From positions 21,788 to 85,787 of the forward strand of contig CAZIGZ010000008.1 of assembly GCA_964538835.1 (NCBI GenBank): a stretch of DNA of 64,000 bases. Reading direction: 5' to 3'. Below are positions 48,343 to 57,405 of this stretch, one piece after another. Each line of letters opens with the position of its first letter. Positions within the stretch are counted from its first letter, which is position 1. Both the position numbers and the translations under genes were made by a program. The notes below the pieces were generated by a model. It worked only from the letters and a program-made list of their open reading frames with translations, had not been told where the DNA came from and made no database searches. Source of the stretch: an uncultured Chitinophaga sp. (GTDB taxonomy: Bacteria; Planctomycetota; Planctomycetia; Planctomycetales; Planctomycetaceae).

Positions 48343-49356
48343 TTAATCGACTCCGGCCGAAACGGGGGTGCTTCCGGCAATGCCTCTCCACGAGGTGGCA
48401 CACCAGGGGGTTTGCGCGACGTCGGACAGCCCAGCATTTTGCATCCATTCGGCGACTTCTTCGGCTGCGTGCGTAGATGCGTGCTCCGGTGTGATGGCGT
48501 CGAAGAGGTCGAGCACACGCCAGCGGCGATCTGGAATCGCGAGGACGGGGAGCCATTTCTGCATGACCCAATCTCCAAGCGGGCGGCAGATCTTGCGGAT
48601 CGCAAGCATGGGCTCAGTGAGCGCGTAAGCAGCTGTCATGCTATACGCGAGCGGCAGGCCATAGCCAAGATAGGGGCGAAGGATTCGGGTGATGCTCCGC
48701 CACCTTCTGACTGAAGCATAGTCGTAAAACTCATCTTTAGGGTACACGCAGCAGGCGGCCCATGCTCCGGTCCTGAGTAATCGGGTGAGATTTCGCAAGC
48801 CATCCTCGGGATTGGGCGTGTGGTGCAGGACGCCGATCGTGTATCCGCCGTCAAAGCTCTGGTCCGCGAACGGTGGATTAAGGATATCACCCTGCACGAC
48901 GAGCACGTCGGGATCGTCTCTAAAATTCCGCCGCGCCGCCTCCACTGCCAGACTGAGGTCGACGCCGACAGCCTTGCCACCCTTCCGGCGGACGACGTCC
49001 AGGAACCTGCCGGGACCACAGCCGAATTCGACGATGGTCTTGCCACGCACGTCGCCATCGGACGCCCACGTTATTGCCTCCCACATCCGCGTGGTATGGC
49101 CCGCCATCGGCCGCCCGACGTTTTGGTCCTCGAACTGCAGCCTTGGCCAACGATTCCACTCTACGCCGAAACTGTGAGAGTAGTGTTCGGCTTCTACAAA
49201 CCGTGGAATACCCCGAACGATCGAGTATCGCGTGCCGTCGGTCGACTCGAGCACACCCTCGATCACCATGCCGCGCCCGTCAGCCTGCCCCTTGACGAGC
49301 GTGAGCGTCGACTGAGTCTTTGGACAGCGGAGGATATCAATAAAATCGATGTGCAT
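48343..49356 (-). CDS. SAM-dependent methyltransferase with N-terminal Trm112-like domain
   Basis: MHIDFIDILRCPKTQSTLTL (Trm112/DUF343-like), then IVEFGCGPGRFLD. Confidence 0.8.
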   Translation of the reverse strand: MHIDFIDILRCPKTQSTLTLVKGQADGRGMVIEGVLESTDGTRYSIVRGIPRFVEAEHYSHSFGVEWNRWPRLQFEDQNVGRPMAGHTTRMWEAITWASDGDVRGKTIVEFGCGPGRFLDVVRRKGGKAVGVDLSLAVEAARRNFRDDPDVLVVQGDILNPPFADQSFDGGYTIGVLHHTPNPEDGLRNLTRLLRTGAWAACCVYPKDEFYDYASVRRWRSITRILRPYLGYGLPLAYSMTAAYALTEPMLAIRKICRPLGDWVMQKWLPVLAIPDRRWRVLDLFDAITPEHASTHAAEEVAEWMQNAGLSDVAQTPWCATSWRGIAGSTPVSAGVD

Positions 49357-49510
49357 GCGATCACTTCAACTGGAAGCCAGCACCGGAGTCACTTGAGCTG
49401 CTATGCGAACAAATCTGAGGAACGGATTATGGACGCATGATGTGGGGCACCGCGACGAGGAGTCGTTGCGGTTCTTTTCTGTACATTCGCTTTCGGCTTC
49501 GTGAGAGCGT

Positions 49511-50239
49511 TTACGATACAGGTGGCCTGATATACGGTGGAAAGAAGTTCTTCTCGCGAAACAGCATGCTTAGCGGAGTCCGACCGTACAACTCGTATCC
49601 TTGCTCGACAAGAAACCGATACACAGGGTGCTCGAGGCAACGGACAAGATCGATACCCATGACTTCGGCACAAACAACTCGCGGTCGATATCGCTGCCAA
49701 TCGTTTCCTCGCAATACTGCGATTTCCAATCCTTCGACATCAACCGAAAGAAAGTCTATTTCCACACCTGGGGGAAGATGCTGATCCAGCAACGATTGCA
49801 AAGTTGTAACGCGCACCGGCACAACTTTACGGTCCGCTCCAACAGAGTTATCCTGCGACAGCGTATTGAGCGCTCGTTCTTCAAATTCCATCAGATTTAA
49901 CACCCCTTCGTGATCAGCCACCCCGACATTGACGTTTATGTCACGGCGACGACGACGGTCAAACAACCGCTTTGCGTCAGGTGTGACATCGACATTGATG
50001 CCCCGCCAACCACGTTCGTAGAAGATGCACGTGTTACTGAATCGAGTAGGGTGATAGCAGCCAACGTCCACGTAAAACCCGGTCGATACATGCTGAAACA
50101 TGGATGCGATGAGAACGTCCTCGCCGTCCTGTGAGTAAATAACGCGCCGGCCATCGAAAAGCGGCCAAACATCGAGCAGGGGACAAAAGAGTCGACGAAG
50201 GATACCGCGGAGCATTTGCAACATCTCGCAGAAGGGCAT
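49511..50239 (-). CDS. FkbM-family methyltransferase
   Basis: YSQDGEDV, FYVDVGCYHP and FLSVDVEGLEIAVLRG. Confidence 0.8.
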   Translation of the reverse strand: MPFCEMLQMLRGILRRLFCPLLDVWPLFDGRRVIYSQDGEDVLIASMFQHVSTGFYVDVGCYHPTRFSNTCIFYERGWRGINVDVTPDAKRLFDRRRRRDINVNVGVADHEGVLNLMEFEERALNTLSQDNSVGADRKVVPVRVTTLQSLLDQHLPPGVEIDFLSVDVEGLEIAVLRGNDWQRYRPRVVCAEVMGIDLVRCLEHPVYRFLVEQGYELYGRTPLSMLFREKNFFPPYIRPPVS

Positions 50240-50397
50240 GCTTTTGCCGGGCTGAAACCATTTGGAGCCAGGAACTTACCAAGGCGTTCCGTAACACGTT
50301 TCGACCGCTTTCGGCAGACTTTTGCAGAGGCGGCCTTAGTTTGATGCGAGTCAGATTATGCACGCGTGCCGATTCGCTCATGTCGACGAACGACGGC

Positions 50398-50510
50398 CGC
50401 CTCGAACATACCCTCCATCACTATCCCACGCCCAAAGTCTGCCCCTCAACGAGCGCGAACGTCGACTGCGTCTTTGAACAGCGAAGGATGTCAATGAAAT
50501 CGATGTGCAT
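50398..50510 (-). pseudogene. Relic of the 5' end of a Trm112-methyltransferase paralog
   Basis: ATG 50510. It reads MHIDFIDILRCSKTQSTFALVEGQTLGVG-stop. About 80% nt identity to 49244-49356 with a 1-bp deletion. Confidence 0.7.
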
Positions 50511-50542
50511 GCGATCACTTTCAGCCGAAGCCAACAGTGGAG

Positions 50543-51229
50543 TCACTTGAGCCGCCAGTTCTCCCACACGAACGGATACTCGTAAGTCAACTGGTGCGTG
50601 GCTTGCAGTTTCTCTTTGATCGCTGCCATGCGCCGCTGCGCATCCGGCACAAAGTCATGAAATTGTACCTGCACTTCGCGGATGTTCGTGATCCAGTCGC
50701 TGGCAATCAGATGATCAAGCAGGTCGTACTCACCACCTTCGATATTGATCTTCATCAAGTCGACGTGATCAATGCCGAGCCCTGTCAAATACGTTGCTGC
50801 CTCACGCAACTCAATCGTCACTGTCTCCGCACTGGCGCGACGGAAGATGGATGTGCCGTCCGCACCCATGAACATCGTCGCCTTTTCGTCTTTGCTCGCC
50901 AGACCGCATTCGTGTACGGTAACCAGCGGATTGTGCCTGAACCGCCACCGCAGTTTCTCCGCGAACCGATGCACCGGCTCGAACACATGCATCCGACAAC
51001 GGAATCGCGAGAAGATGTCACTCGTCCAACGGCCTTCGTAGCCGCCCAAGTCCACAACGACGGACGTGTTTTCAAGCTTGTAATCCAGTCTCAACCGATC
51101 CTCGGCCTCATCGGCATACCACTTTGCGACGCGTATTTCCGCATCCGTGAGATGAAACTTGCGCCCAAGCCAAAAGCACGCATGTCCAGTAAAGTCGAGC
51201 AGTCGTCGCAGAGTGTGCAGCAGGTTCAT
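50543..51229 (-). CDS. FkbM-family methyltransferase
   Basis: VVDLGGYEGRWTSD and LMKINIEGGEYDLL. Confidence 0.8.
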   Translation of the reverse strand: MNLLHTLRRLLDFTGHACFWLGRKFHLTDAEIRVAKWYADEAEDRLRLDYKLENTSVVVDLGGYEGRWTSDIFSRFRCRMHVFEPVHRFAEKLRWRFRHNPLVTVHECGLASKDEKATMFMGADGTSIFRRASAETVTIELREAATYLTGLGIDHVDLMKINIEGGEYDLLDHLIASDWITNIREVQVQFHDFVPDAQRRMAAIKEKLQATHQLTYEYPFVWENWRLK

Positions 51230-51235
51230 CGTGGG

Positions 51236-51928
51236 TTAATGTCCTTCCTTGCGGCGATCCCAAACTGACTTTTCAACGAAGATGGTGTTGATGAATGTGT
51301 CGCCATACACGACATAACCGACTTCACTCATTCGCTCAAAAATACCCTCGATCTTCTCCTCACTCACATGCGTCACAGACTCGATGCAGAACACCGGTGG
51401 CCGATACCGTTCGAAATTGAAACCTCGCAAGATGTCCAGATCGAGTCCTTCCACATCAATGGACACAAACTCGGGGCAGCGATCAAAATGCTCCCCGATG
51501 ATGTCGTGCAGGGGAATCAGCGGAATTCGCACTGTGCGATTCAGTTTGTATGCCGGGTTCGTCAGCGCCTCATCCACGAACTCGCGAGAAAATGTGCTGA
51601 GAGTGGCTGGTTCCATGACAAAAAAGTCTGCCTCGGACCGGCGGTCGATCCCCACACCAACATTCAGGCATTTGTCGCGCGGCCTTGCTCGCTGGATACG
51701 ACTGCACAACACGGGGTTCGGCTCGACGCACACCCCCGACAGCCCCATTCGGTAGAAAAAGTAGGTATTGCTCAGAAGCTTCGCGTCATGGGCGCCAACA
51801 TCAAGATAGGTTGGGCGATCGATGCGCAGAACACCTCTTAGCAGATAATCGACAATAATGTCCTCGCCGGACTGTGCGTAGGACTTGCGATAATGCCGAC
51901 GAAATCGGCTGAGAAACCCTAGCACCAC
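51236..51928 (-). CDS. FkbM-family methyltransferase
   Basis: YAQSGEDI, YLDVGAHDAK and FVSIDVEGLDLDILRG. GTG start. Confidence 0.8.
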   Translation of the reverse strand: MVLGFLSRFRRHYRKSYAQSGEDIIVDYLLRGVLRIDRPTYLDVGAHDAKLLSNTYFFYRMGLSGVCVEPNPVLCSRIQRARPRDKCLNVGVGIDRRSEADFFVMEPATLSTFSREFVDEALTNPAYKLNRTVRIPLIPLHDIIGEHFDRCPEFVSIDVEGLDLDILRGFNFERYRPPVFCIESVTHVSEEKIEGIFERMSEVGYVVYGDTFINTIFVEKSVWDRRKEGH

Positions 51929-52211
51929 GTTGTCACTTCTCCCATGGCCCAGCGGCGCATTCGAGCGGCAGCTTCGACGGATGACCGCCCTGCGAAAATC
52001 TCCAGCATCGACTGTGCCAAGCGTCCGTCAGAATATCAAGCACCTATTGGCGCGTATCGGCGCCGCCTTCGCAAACAATGACTCAACGATCCCGTTTCAG
52101 ATTGTTCGATCATACGATCCCGTTGCTTCGGCGACGGCGGCAATATCCCCACGTCTCGGCGAAACGGCTTCCGCTGCAGCCCATCCTCGTCGACCGCGTT
52201 CATCAGGATTC

Positions 52212-53999
52212 TCAGCGAGCGCCATCGCCCAGAATCCCGGAATGATCAAGCTCAACCGCCGCGGCATTGAAAATTCTGACAACACGATCACAGTATTCAA
52301 CGGTCGAGAGGCGGTGTGCGATCATGATTATGGTTAAGTCGCGAGAGAGACGTTCCATGGTCATCATGATCGCTCGCTCAGTCTCGTCATCCAGCGAACT
52401 AGTAGCTTCGTCCAGGACCAGAACCGGAGCCTGCTTGTACAGCGCTCGTGCAATTCCAATTCGTTGCCGCTGCCCACCCGAAAGTCGAATTCCGCGTTCT
52501 CCTACCGTTGTATCATACCCGCTGGGAAGTGACTGGATGAAATCGCCAAGTTGGGCAGCTTCAGCGGCCGATTTGACTCTGTCCCGGTCAACGTCCTCGG
52601 AGCAAGTTCCGAAAGCGATGTTCTCTGCAATGGTTGCATCGACCAGAAATATGCTTTGCGGAACATGCGCGATATTCGCCTGCCAGCTCATCGTGTCAAC
52701 CGTCTCTCCGTCAACAAGCAGGTGCCCGGAGGTTGGCTCAAGCAGCCCCATCAGCAGATCGGCAACCGTGCTCTTTCCGCTGCCCGAAAGACCAACAATC
52801 GCGACGCGACTGCCCTTCGTAACTGTAAGGGAGATCTCACGAAGCACATCGACACCGTCGTGTGAATAGCGAAACGTGACTTTGTCGAGTGCAATCGACT
52901 GCCGAAATGGGACCGGGGCATGCTTCCGCATCAGCGATTCATCGACCGGGGATTCGAGCATTGCCAACACTTCGTCCATTTCAGCTGCACTGCCCCGAAT
53001 ATGGCCAAGAGAAACGTAAATCAGATGCACAGCGGGGAGCATCCGCTGACTCCCCATTGCCAGTAGTCCAAGGGTCGGCAAAGCGGCAGTCAGTCCTCCG
53101 GATGAACTTGCCAGCAAAAGAGCCAATCCTGCCATGGCCACCAGCGCTCCCGCCATTACCGCGTGCGCCGGAAACTCATTCAGCAGGTTTTCCCGAACGG
53201 TGAGTTGCCTGAGTGGCCAGTCATGCTGGCGATAATGTCGCAGGATTGCTCCGTACGACTGGCTCAGGATGACGTCACGAATGCCACCGAGTCCCTCCTG
53301 AATGTTTTTCACAACCTCACGTCCACATTCAGCACGACGATGACTCATTTGAACCAGCTGCTTTCGGGTCATCTGGGCAATCCCAATATAGATGACGGCA
53401 AGAAAACCCACGGTCACCAGAGCAGTCCACGTACTGAGTGTTAAGAGTGTGGCAACCACACAGAACAATACCAGCGTGGAGACGACAAGCTGGAGCACAA
53501 AGAAAAGCACAACGTCTACCAACCGCGACACTTTTGAGATCACGGTGTGAATGACACTGCTAGAATTACGATTCACGTGGACCGAAAACGGCTGAAGCAG
53601 TGCGCGGCGATACGCTTCACAGGAAAGGTCGCTGCCGATGCCCGCAAGAACTCGGCCAGTAAGCCAGAGGTTTCCGATTCTGACCGCTCCGGCCAGCACC
53701 GCGAGACACGCGAATCCAACAGCGACTGGAACAACCGCATCAGCAGGCTTCGCAATTCTCGTGGCATCAAACGCAATCCGAAGCAGGGGATTCTGCCAGA
53801 GCTTTTCCGGTGCAGTTAATGCGGTGACAAACGGGACCATGGCCGCTACGCTCACGGCTTCCGCCAGGCCACTCGACAGCATGCTAAAAAGCAGCATAAC
53901 GAGCTGTACCTTGCGGTTGACGATCAGGCTTTGGTTTGCAGGGAGTTGTACCCAGAGGCGGTACAGGTTGTGACGAAAACTTCCGCTTCTCTGATTCAT
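52212..53999 (-). CDS. Fused TMD-NBD ABC exporter (MsbA/PglK-like half transporter)
   Basis: Six hydrophobic segments, Walker A GLSGSGKST, signature LSGGQRQRIGIARAL, and Walker B VLVLDEATS. ATG 53999 (MNQRSGSF) is preferred over 54128. Confidence 0.85.
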   Translation of the reverse strand: MNQRSGSFRHNLYRLWVQLPANQSLIVNRKVQLVMLLFSMLSSGLAEAVSVAAMVPFVTALTAPEKLWQNPLLRIAFDATRIAKPADAVVPVAVGFACLAVLAGAVRIGNLWLTGRVLAGIGSDLSCEAYRRALLQPFSVHVNRNSSSVIHTVISKVSRLVDVVLFFVLQLVVSTLVLFCVVATLLTLSTWTALVTVGFLAVIYIGIAQMTRKQLVQMSHRRAECGREVVKNIQEGLGGIRDVILSQSYGAILRHYRQHDWPLRQLTVRENLLNEFPAHAVMAGALVAMAGLALLLASSSGGLTAALPTLGLLAMGSQRMLPAVHLIYVSLGHIRGSAAEMDEVLAMLESPVDESLMRKHAPVPFRQSIALDKVTFRYSHDGVDVLREISLTVTKGSRVAIVGLSGSGKSTVADLLMGLLEPTSGHLLVDGETVDTMSWQANIAHVPQSIFLVDATIAENIAFGTCSEDVDRDRVKSAAEAAQLGDFIQSLPSGYDTTVGERGIRLSGGQRQRIGIARALYKQAPVLVLDEATSSLDDETERAIMMTMERLSRDLTIIMIAHRLSTVEYCDRVVRIFNAAAVELDHSGILGDGAR

Positions 54000-54327
54000 C
54001 GCGACTTCAGCAGGTCTTCGAAAGCAACTGTCTTTGGCGAGAGTTTCCGTGCCGAACCCCAGAGTCGATTTGAAGCGCACACTCCGTTCCTCTCGGTGAC
54101 ACGCGCGCATCACGATTTGAGGAATCAATGGTGCTGATCGCGGCGACCGCGACCATCAGGCATTTCTCCAGGCCATCCATGAAAGACATATTCGGCGGGT
54201 TCCGTTTGGTTGACACTGCGATCATATCGGCCAACCGGCGTCCGTACGACGGACCGGTTCCCTGCCGCTGGCTGATTAACGATTACTTAACAATGTTCCC
54301 GGGTTGGGTTCGCACCCTTGCGGGGTT

Positions 54328-54354
54328 CTGGGTTCCCGCCTTCGCGGGAATGAC
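54328..54354. repeat. REP-like palindromic element
   Basis: ctgggttcccgccttcgcgggaatgac, with hairpin cccgc-cttc-gcggg at 54335-54348. It translates as PAFAGMT or VIPAKAGTQ, which are frequent artefact peptides in bacterial annotations. Confidence 0.5.
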
Positions 54355-54467
54355 AAATCCCTGTTTTTGGGACTGAAAGCACACTACTGTGGTTGTGAAC
54401 ATTGATCCCTCGCTGACGCAGCGGGTTGGGATGAATTGAGGATGCTGCCATGGATGTTCACCCACTT

Positions 54468-56261
54468 CTATGGCGTGACTCCTTTTTCAATCGCCTGCAG
54501 GTCTCTCTGCACATCAGGCCACCCAGGTCTTAGCTCCAGGGCACGCCGAAAATGGAGAATGGCCGATGTCAAGTCACCACGATCTCGCGCCAGCGAACCA
54601 GCCAGGGCGCGAGCTTCAGCGGAACTGTCCTGAGTGTGAAATGCGAGTTCGAGGTACTGGGTTGCGGTGACCAGCTCATTTCGTGACAGATCACTTAATG
54701 CCAGACACACATACAATGCGGCGAGATTCTTGGCACGTCGTAGATCGCGGTGAACCGGCAACTGGCGTTTCTGCAACTGAAAAGCACGCATGAGAGTCGT
54801 TCTTGCTGTGGCTGCCTCGCCATGATAAATCTCCTGTTCCCCGAGGCGAACAAGCAGGATCCACGATTCCTGACGCCGTTCCCTAAGCTCTCTGTCAAGC
54901 TGACGGAGAAATGGCAGAACCTCCGATTCTCGATTCTCGATGCTTGATGCATGAATCAGATTCTGAATGGCTCGATCATTGTCAGGATTCTCAACGACGG
55001 CCGCCGCCCAGAGTTTCATTCCGGTGGAGTAGTCCGTTGCTCTCAGATAGCAACAACTGGCAAGAAGAAGTCCAGCAATGCCTGCAACCAGCCACGACCT
55101 CGCTGCTTCCACTGTTGTGGAACAGCGAAGAAAGAGAATCGAAGCAAAGCCGAACGTCAGGAATGCCAGTGGAAGGTACATCCGATGGTCGACCCACAGA
55201 TCCGCGGTGGGAATGAAAGACGATGTCGGAGACAAAATGATGAGCGGCGAAAGGACCAGAAAAAGAATGGCCCACTTGCGCCCCCACAAGATCCACAGAA
55301 CACCTGCCAGCAGTGCACTCGTCAGGCCAATCCAGAATCCGTTCTGCCAGACTGTTGCCGGGACCTGCAGCCCGTGATCAATACTGAGCCACTGAGGCCA
55401 GCACGCGGAGAAAATGTAAAGCCATATCACCTGACATTGTGCGGCAAGGTACAAAGGGACCGGTGGTGCATCACCTCCAAATCCCACATTGCCGGCTCCC
55501 GTCATCAGACCGGGAAGGAGTGTCCAGACGGCAGGAATCGTCAGCAAAACCCCTGCAGCAGCCAGCTTCCATTGAGCTCTGACGACTGCTCGCCATGAAT
55601 CTGCAAGGAAGGCCCGATCCATCAGGAGCATCACCGCCGGAGCTGTAATGATGATGGTCTTTGAATAAATCCCGGCCGCCATTGACAGTCCCGCAAGACC
55701 AAGCCACGCGACGCTTCCTGAAATCCTCCATCGCGCAGAGCAATAAAGAAACAGAACAAAGAACAATCCCATCAGAGACTCACATCTTTGTGCCACGTAA
55801 GCAATTGCAGCGGAGTTCAGCGGATGGAAGAGCCACAACAGCATCCCAACGATCGCCACGCTCCAGCATTTTGTTACCGAGGTACTGCTCTGCGGGAGCT
55901 GACTCATCAACAGCATCGCCAGAAAATAGAGCGACAACCCTGTCAGGAAATGAATGAGAACATTGCCGACTCGGTGAACAAATTGAGATTCTCCGAAGAG
56001 ACGTGATTCCAGCTGAAACGTCAACCTGACAAGGGGACGGGCTGCCGGGTTCATCCAGGGCTGGTCAATCAGTATGTCAATGATCCCGTGTGTGTCCGGA
56101 ACAACGGTCACAACGACTTCATCGTCAAACATCCGCGGACCGGAAAAGGACGGAAAGTAACAGATGAAAAGGACGATCAGGCCCAGCAGCATGATCGGGG
56201 TGGTATAGCGTCGCAATGACTCTGCCGACTCTTCATTCCGCATTTCTTCGCGTTTCGCCAT
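54468..56261 (-). CDS. TMTC/DUF1736-like GT-C + TPR protein (paralog 3)
   Basis: Loop-1 RMFDDEVV, HPLNSAAIAYVAQRCESL, multi-pass N-terminal domain and C-terminal TPRs. The start is uncertain (56261, 56243 or 56192). Confidence 0.7.
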   Translation of the reverse strand: MAKREEMRNEESAESLRRYTTPIMLLGLIVLFICYFPSFSGPRMFDDEVVVTVVPDTHGIIDILIDQPWMNPAARPLVRLTFQLESRLFGESQFVHRVGNVLIHFLTGLSLYFLAMLLMSQLPQSSTSVTKCWSVAIVGMLLWLFHPLNSAAIAYVAQRCESLMGLFFVLFLYCSARWRISGSVAWLGLAGLSMAAGIYSKTIIITAPAVMLLMDRAFLADSWRAVVRAQWKLAAAGVLLTIPAVWTLLPGLMTGAGNVGFGGDAPPVPLYLAAQCQVIWLYIFSACWPQWLSIDHGLQVPATVWQNGFWIGLTSALLAGVLWILWGRKWAILFLVLSPLIILSPTSSFIPTADLWVDHRMYLPLAFLTFGFASILFLRCSTTVEAARSWLVAGIAGLLLASCCYLRATDYSTGMKLWAAAVVENPDNDRAIQNLIHASSIENRESEVLPFLRQLDRELRERRQESWILLVRLGEQEIYHGEAATARTTLMRAFQLQKRQLPVHRDLRRAKNLAALYVCLALSDLSRNELVTATQYLELAFHTQDSSAEARALAGSLARDRGDLTSAILHFRRALELRPGWPDVQRDLQAIEKGVTP

Positions 56262-56658
56262 TTTCTGACTCAGGATTGAGTTGACTGCAATTCTCAATTT
56301 GTTCTGCGGAACGATCTGTTGGCATGGGTTGATGAAATGGCCGCTCAGTCGCCAGTCGTCGGACAAGTCTTGTGATCTGCTCCCGCTGCTGCTCAACCGC
56401 GTGCAGGAGATAGAAGAATGCGAGCAGGAAACAGATGGCTGTGCCGTAAAGCAGGACATCAGCACCCCGCCCGATACTCAGGAGGCTCGCAATCCGGTTG
56501 GTAATTGACGGGACCAGTATCGCGATCAGTGCCAGGAACCAAACAAGCCCACGGAGTGAACTGATACTCCGTCGAGTGCGTCCCAATATCTGCAGGATCA
56601 ATTCCAGCAGCAACAGCACCGACATTAAGGTGCCCGCGAGCCATTGAAAGAGTGTCAT
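56233..56658 (-). CDS. DUF2304-like small membrane protein
   Basis: 141 aa with 3-4 TM segments, then an EQQREQITRLVRRLA amphipathic tail. ATGA overlap with the upstream GT2. Family recalled as a frequent GT2 partner. Confidence 0.6.
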   Translation of the reverse strand: MTLFQWLAGTLMSVLLLLELILQILGRTRRSISSLRGLVWFLALIAILVPSITNRIASLLSIGRGADVLLYGTAICFLLAFFYLLHAVEQQREQITRLVRRLATERPFHQPMPTDRSAEQIENCSQLNPESENGETRRNAE

Positions 56659-57326
56659 TTCAAAAGCCTCGCGATCGCCAGACGTCCCAGAACCTTGAAT
56701 GCGGCACTGCTCTTCTGTCCTTTTTCAAGACTCTCTGTTGTGTATCGAATTTGGCAGGGTACCTCCACCACACGAAGCCGCGAGCGAGCTGCGAGAGACA
56801 GGATTTGTGAAGCATGAGCCATTCCATCCTCCGAAAATCGGAGCGTTCTTGCGGCGTCTGCTGTCATGGCTCTGAGCCCATTGTGCGCATCCGTCAGTCG
56901 CATGCCCGTTGTTAGTCGAGTAAACAGAACCGCGAGCTTCAATAGCACCCGGCGGTGGAGCGGAATCCCGGGAGCACTCCCAAGGAATCTTGAACCAAGC
57001 ACGAGGTCCGCTTCTGACCGCTTCAGGATCTCAATCATCTGAGGAACGTCGGCGGCTCGATGCTGTCCATCAGAGTCAAACGTCACCAGGAACGTTGCAC
57101 CTCTGCTGAGCGCAAAATCAATCCCTGTCAGAAGTGCAGCACCCTGACCACGGTTAACCATATGTCGCAATACGTGCACGTTTCGGGAAGCCGCCAGTTC
57201 CGCAGTCTGGTCATAGGATCCATCATCAACCACAACAACGCTGGCAGACAGCGCCGACAGGTCATCGAGCACTCCGACGACTCGGTGCATTTCGTTGAAT
57301 GCCGGCACAATGACCCAGATGCTCAT
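56655..57326 (-). CDS. GT2 glycosyltransferase, Dpm1/GtrB-like
   Basis: MSIWVIVPAFNEMHRV...VVVVDDGSYDQT...NRGQGAAL...TFDSDGQH. 223 aa with no TM segment. Confidence 0.8.
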   Translation of the reverse strand: MSIWVIVPAFNEMHRVVGVLDDLSALSASVVVVDDGSYDQTAELAASRNVHVLRHMVNRGQGAALLTGIDFALSRGATFLVTFDSDGQHRAADVPQMIEILKRSEADLVLGSRFLGSAPGIPLHRRVLLKLAVLFTRLTTGMRLTDAHNGLRAMTADAARTLRFSEDGMAHASQILSLAARSRLRVVEVPCQIRYTTESLEKGQKSSAAFKVLGRLAIARLLK

Positions 57327-57405
57327 GCCAAAAACTCGTTGGGTTGCGGGACCTCGCGGTAACTCACACTGATCGTCCCACAGATTGTTTGCTTATCGTG
57401 AATAT

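Noticed and set aside
50537-51268. 243-aa plus-strand ORF
   Set aside because: It is antisense to the FkbM methyltransferase, whose minus-strand frame carries VVDLGGYEG and KINIEGGEYDLL.
51929-52211. 283-bp gap after the ABC exporter, examined for a missed small gene or RNA
   Set aside because: Only the short ORF 52097-52300 overlaps the ABC 3' end. I saw no SD/ATG context, hairpin or recognisable RNA motif.
54283-54465. 60-aa minus-strand ORF and 82-aa plus-strand ORF 54128-54376
   Set aside because: Their only notable content (VIPAKAGTQ / PAFAGMT) is the translation of the REP-like palindrome.
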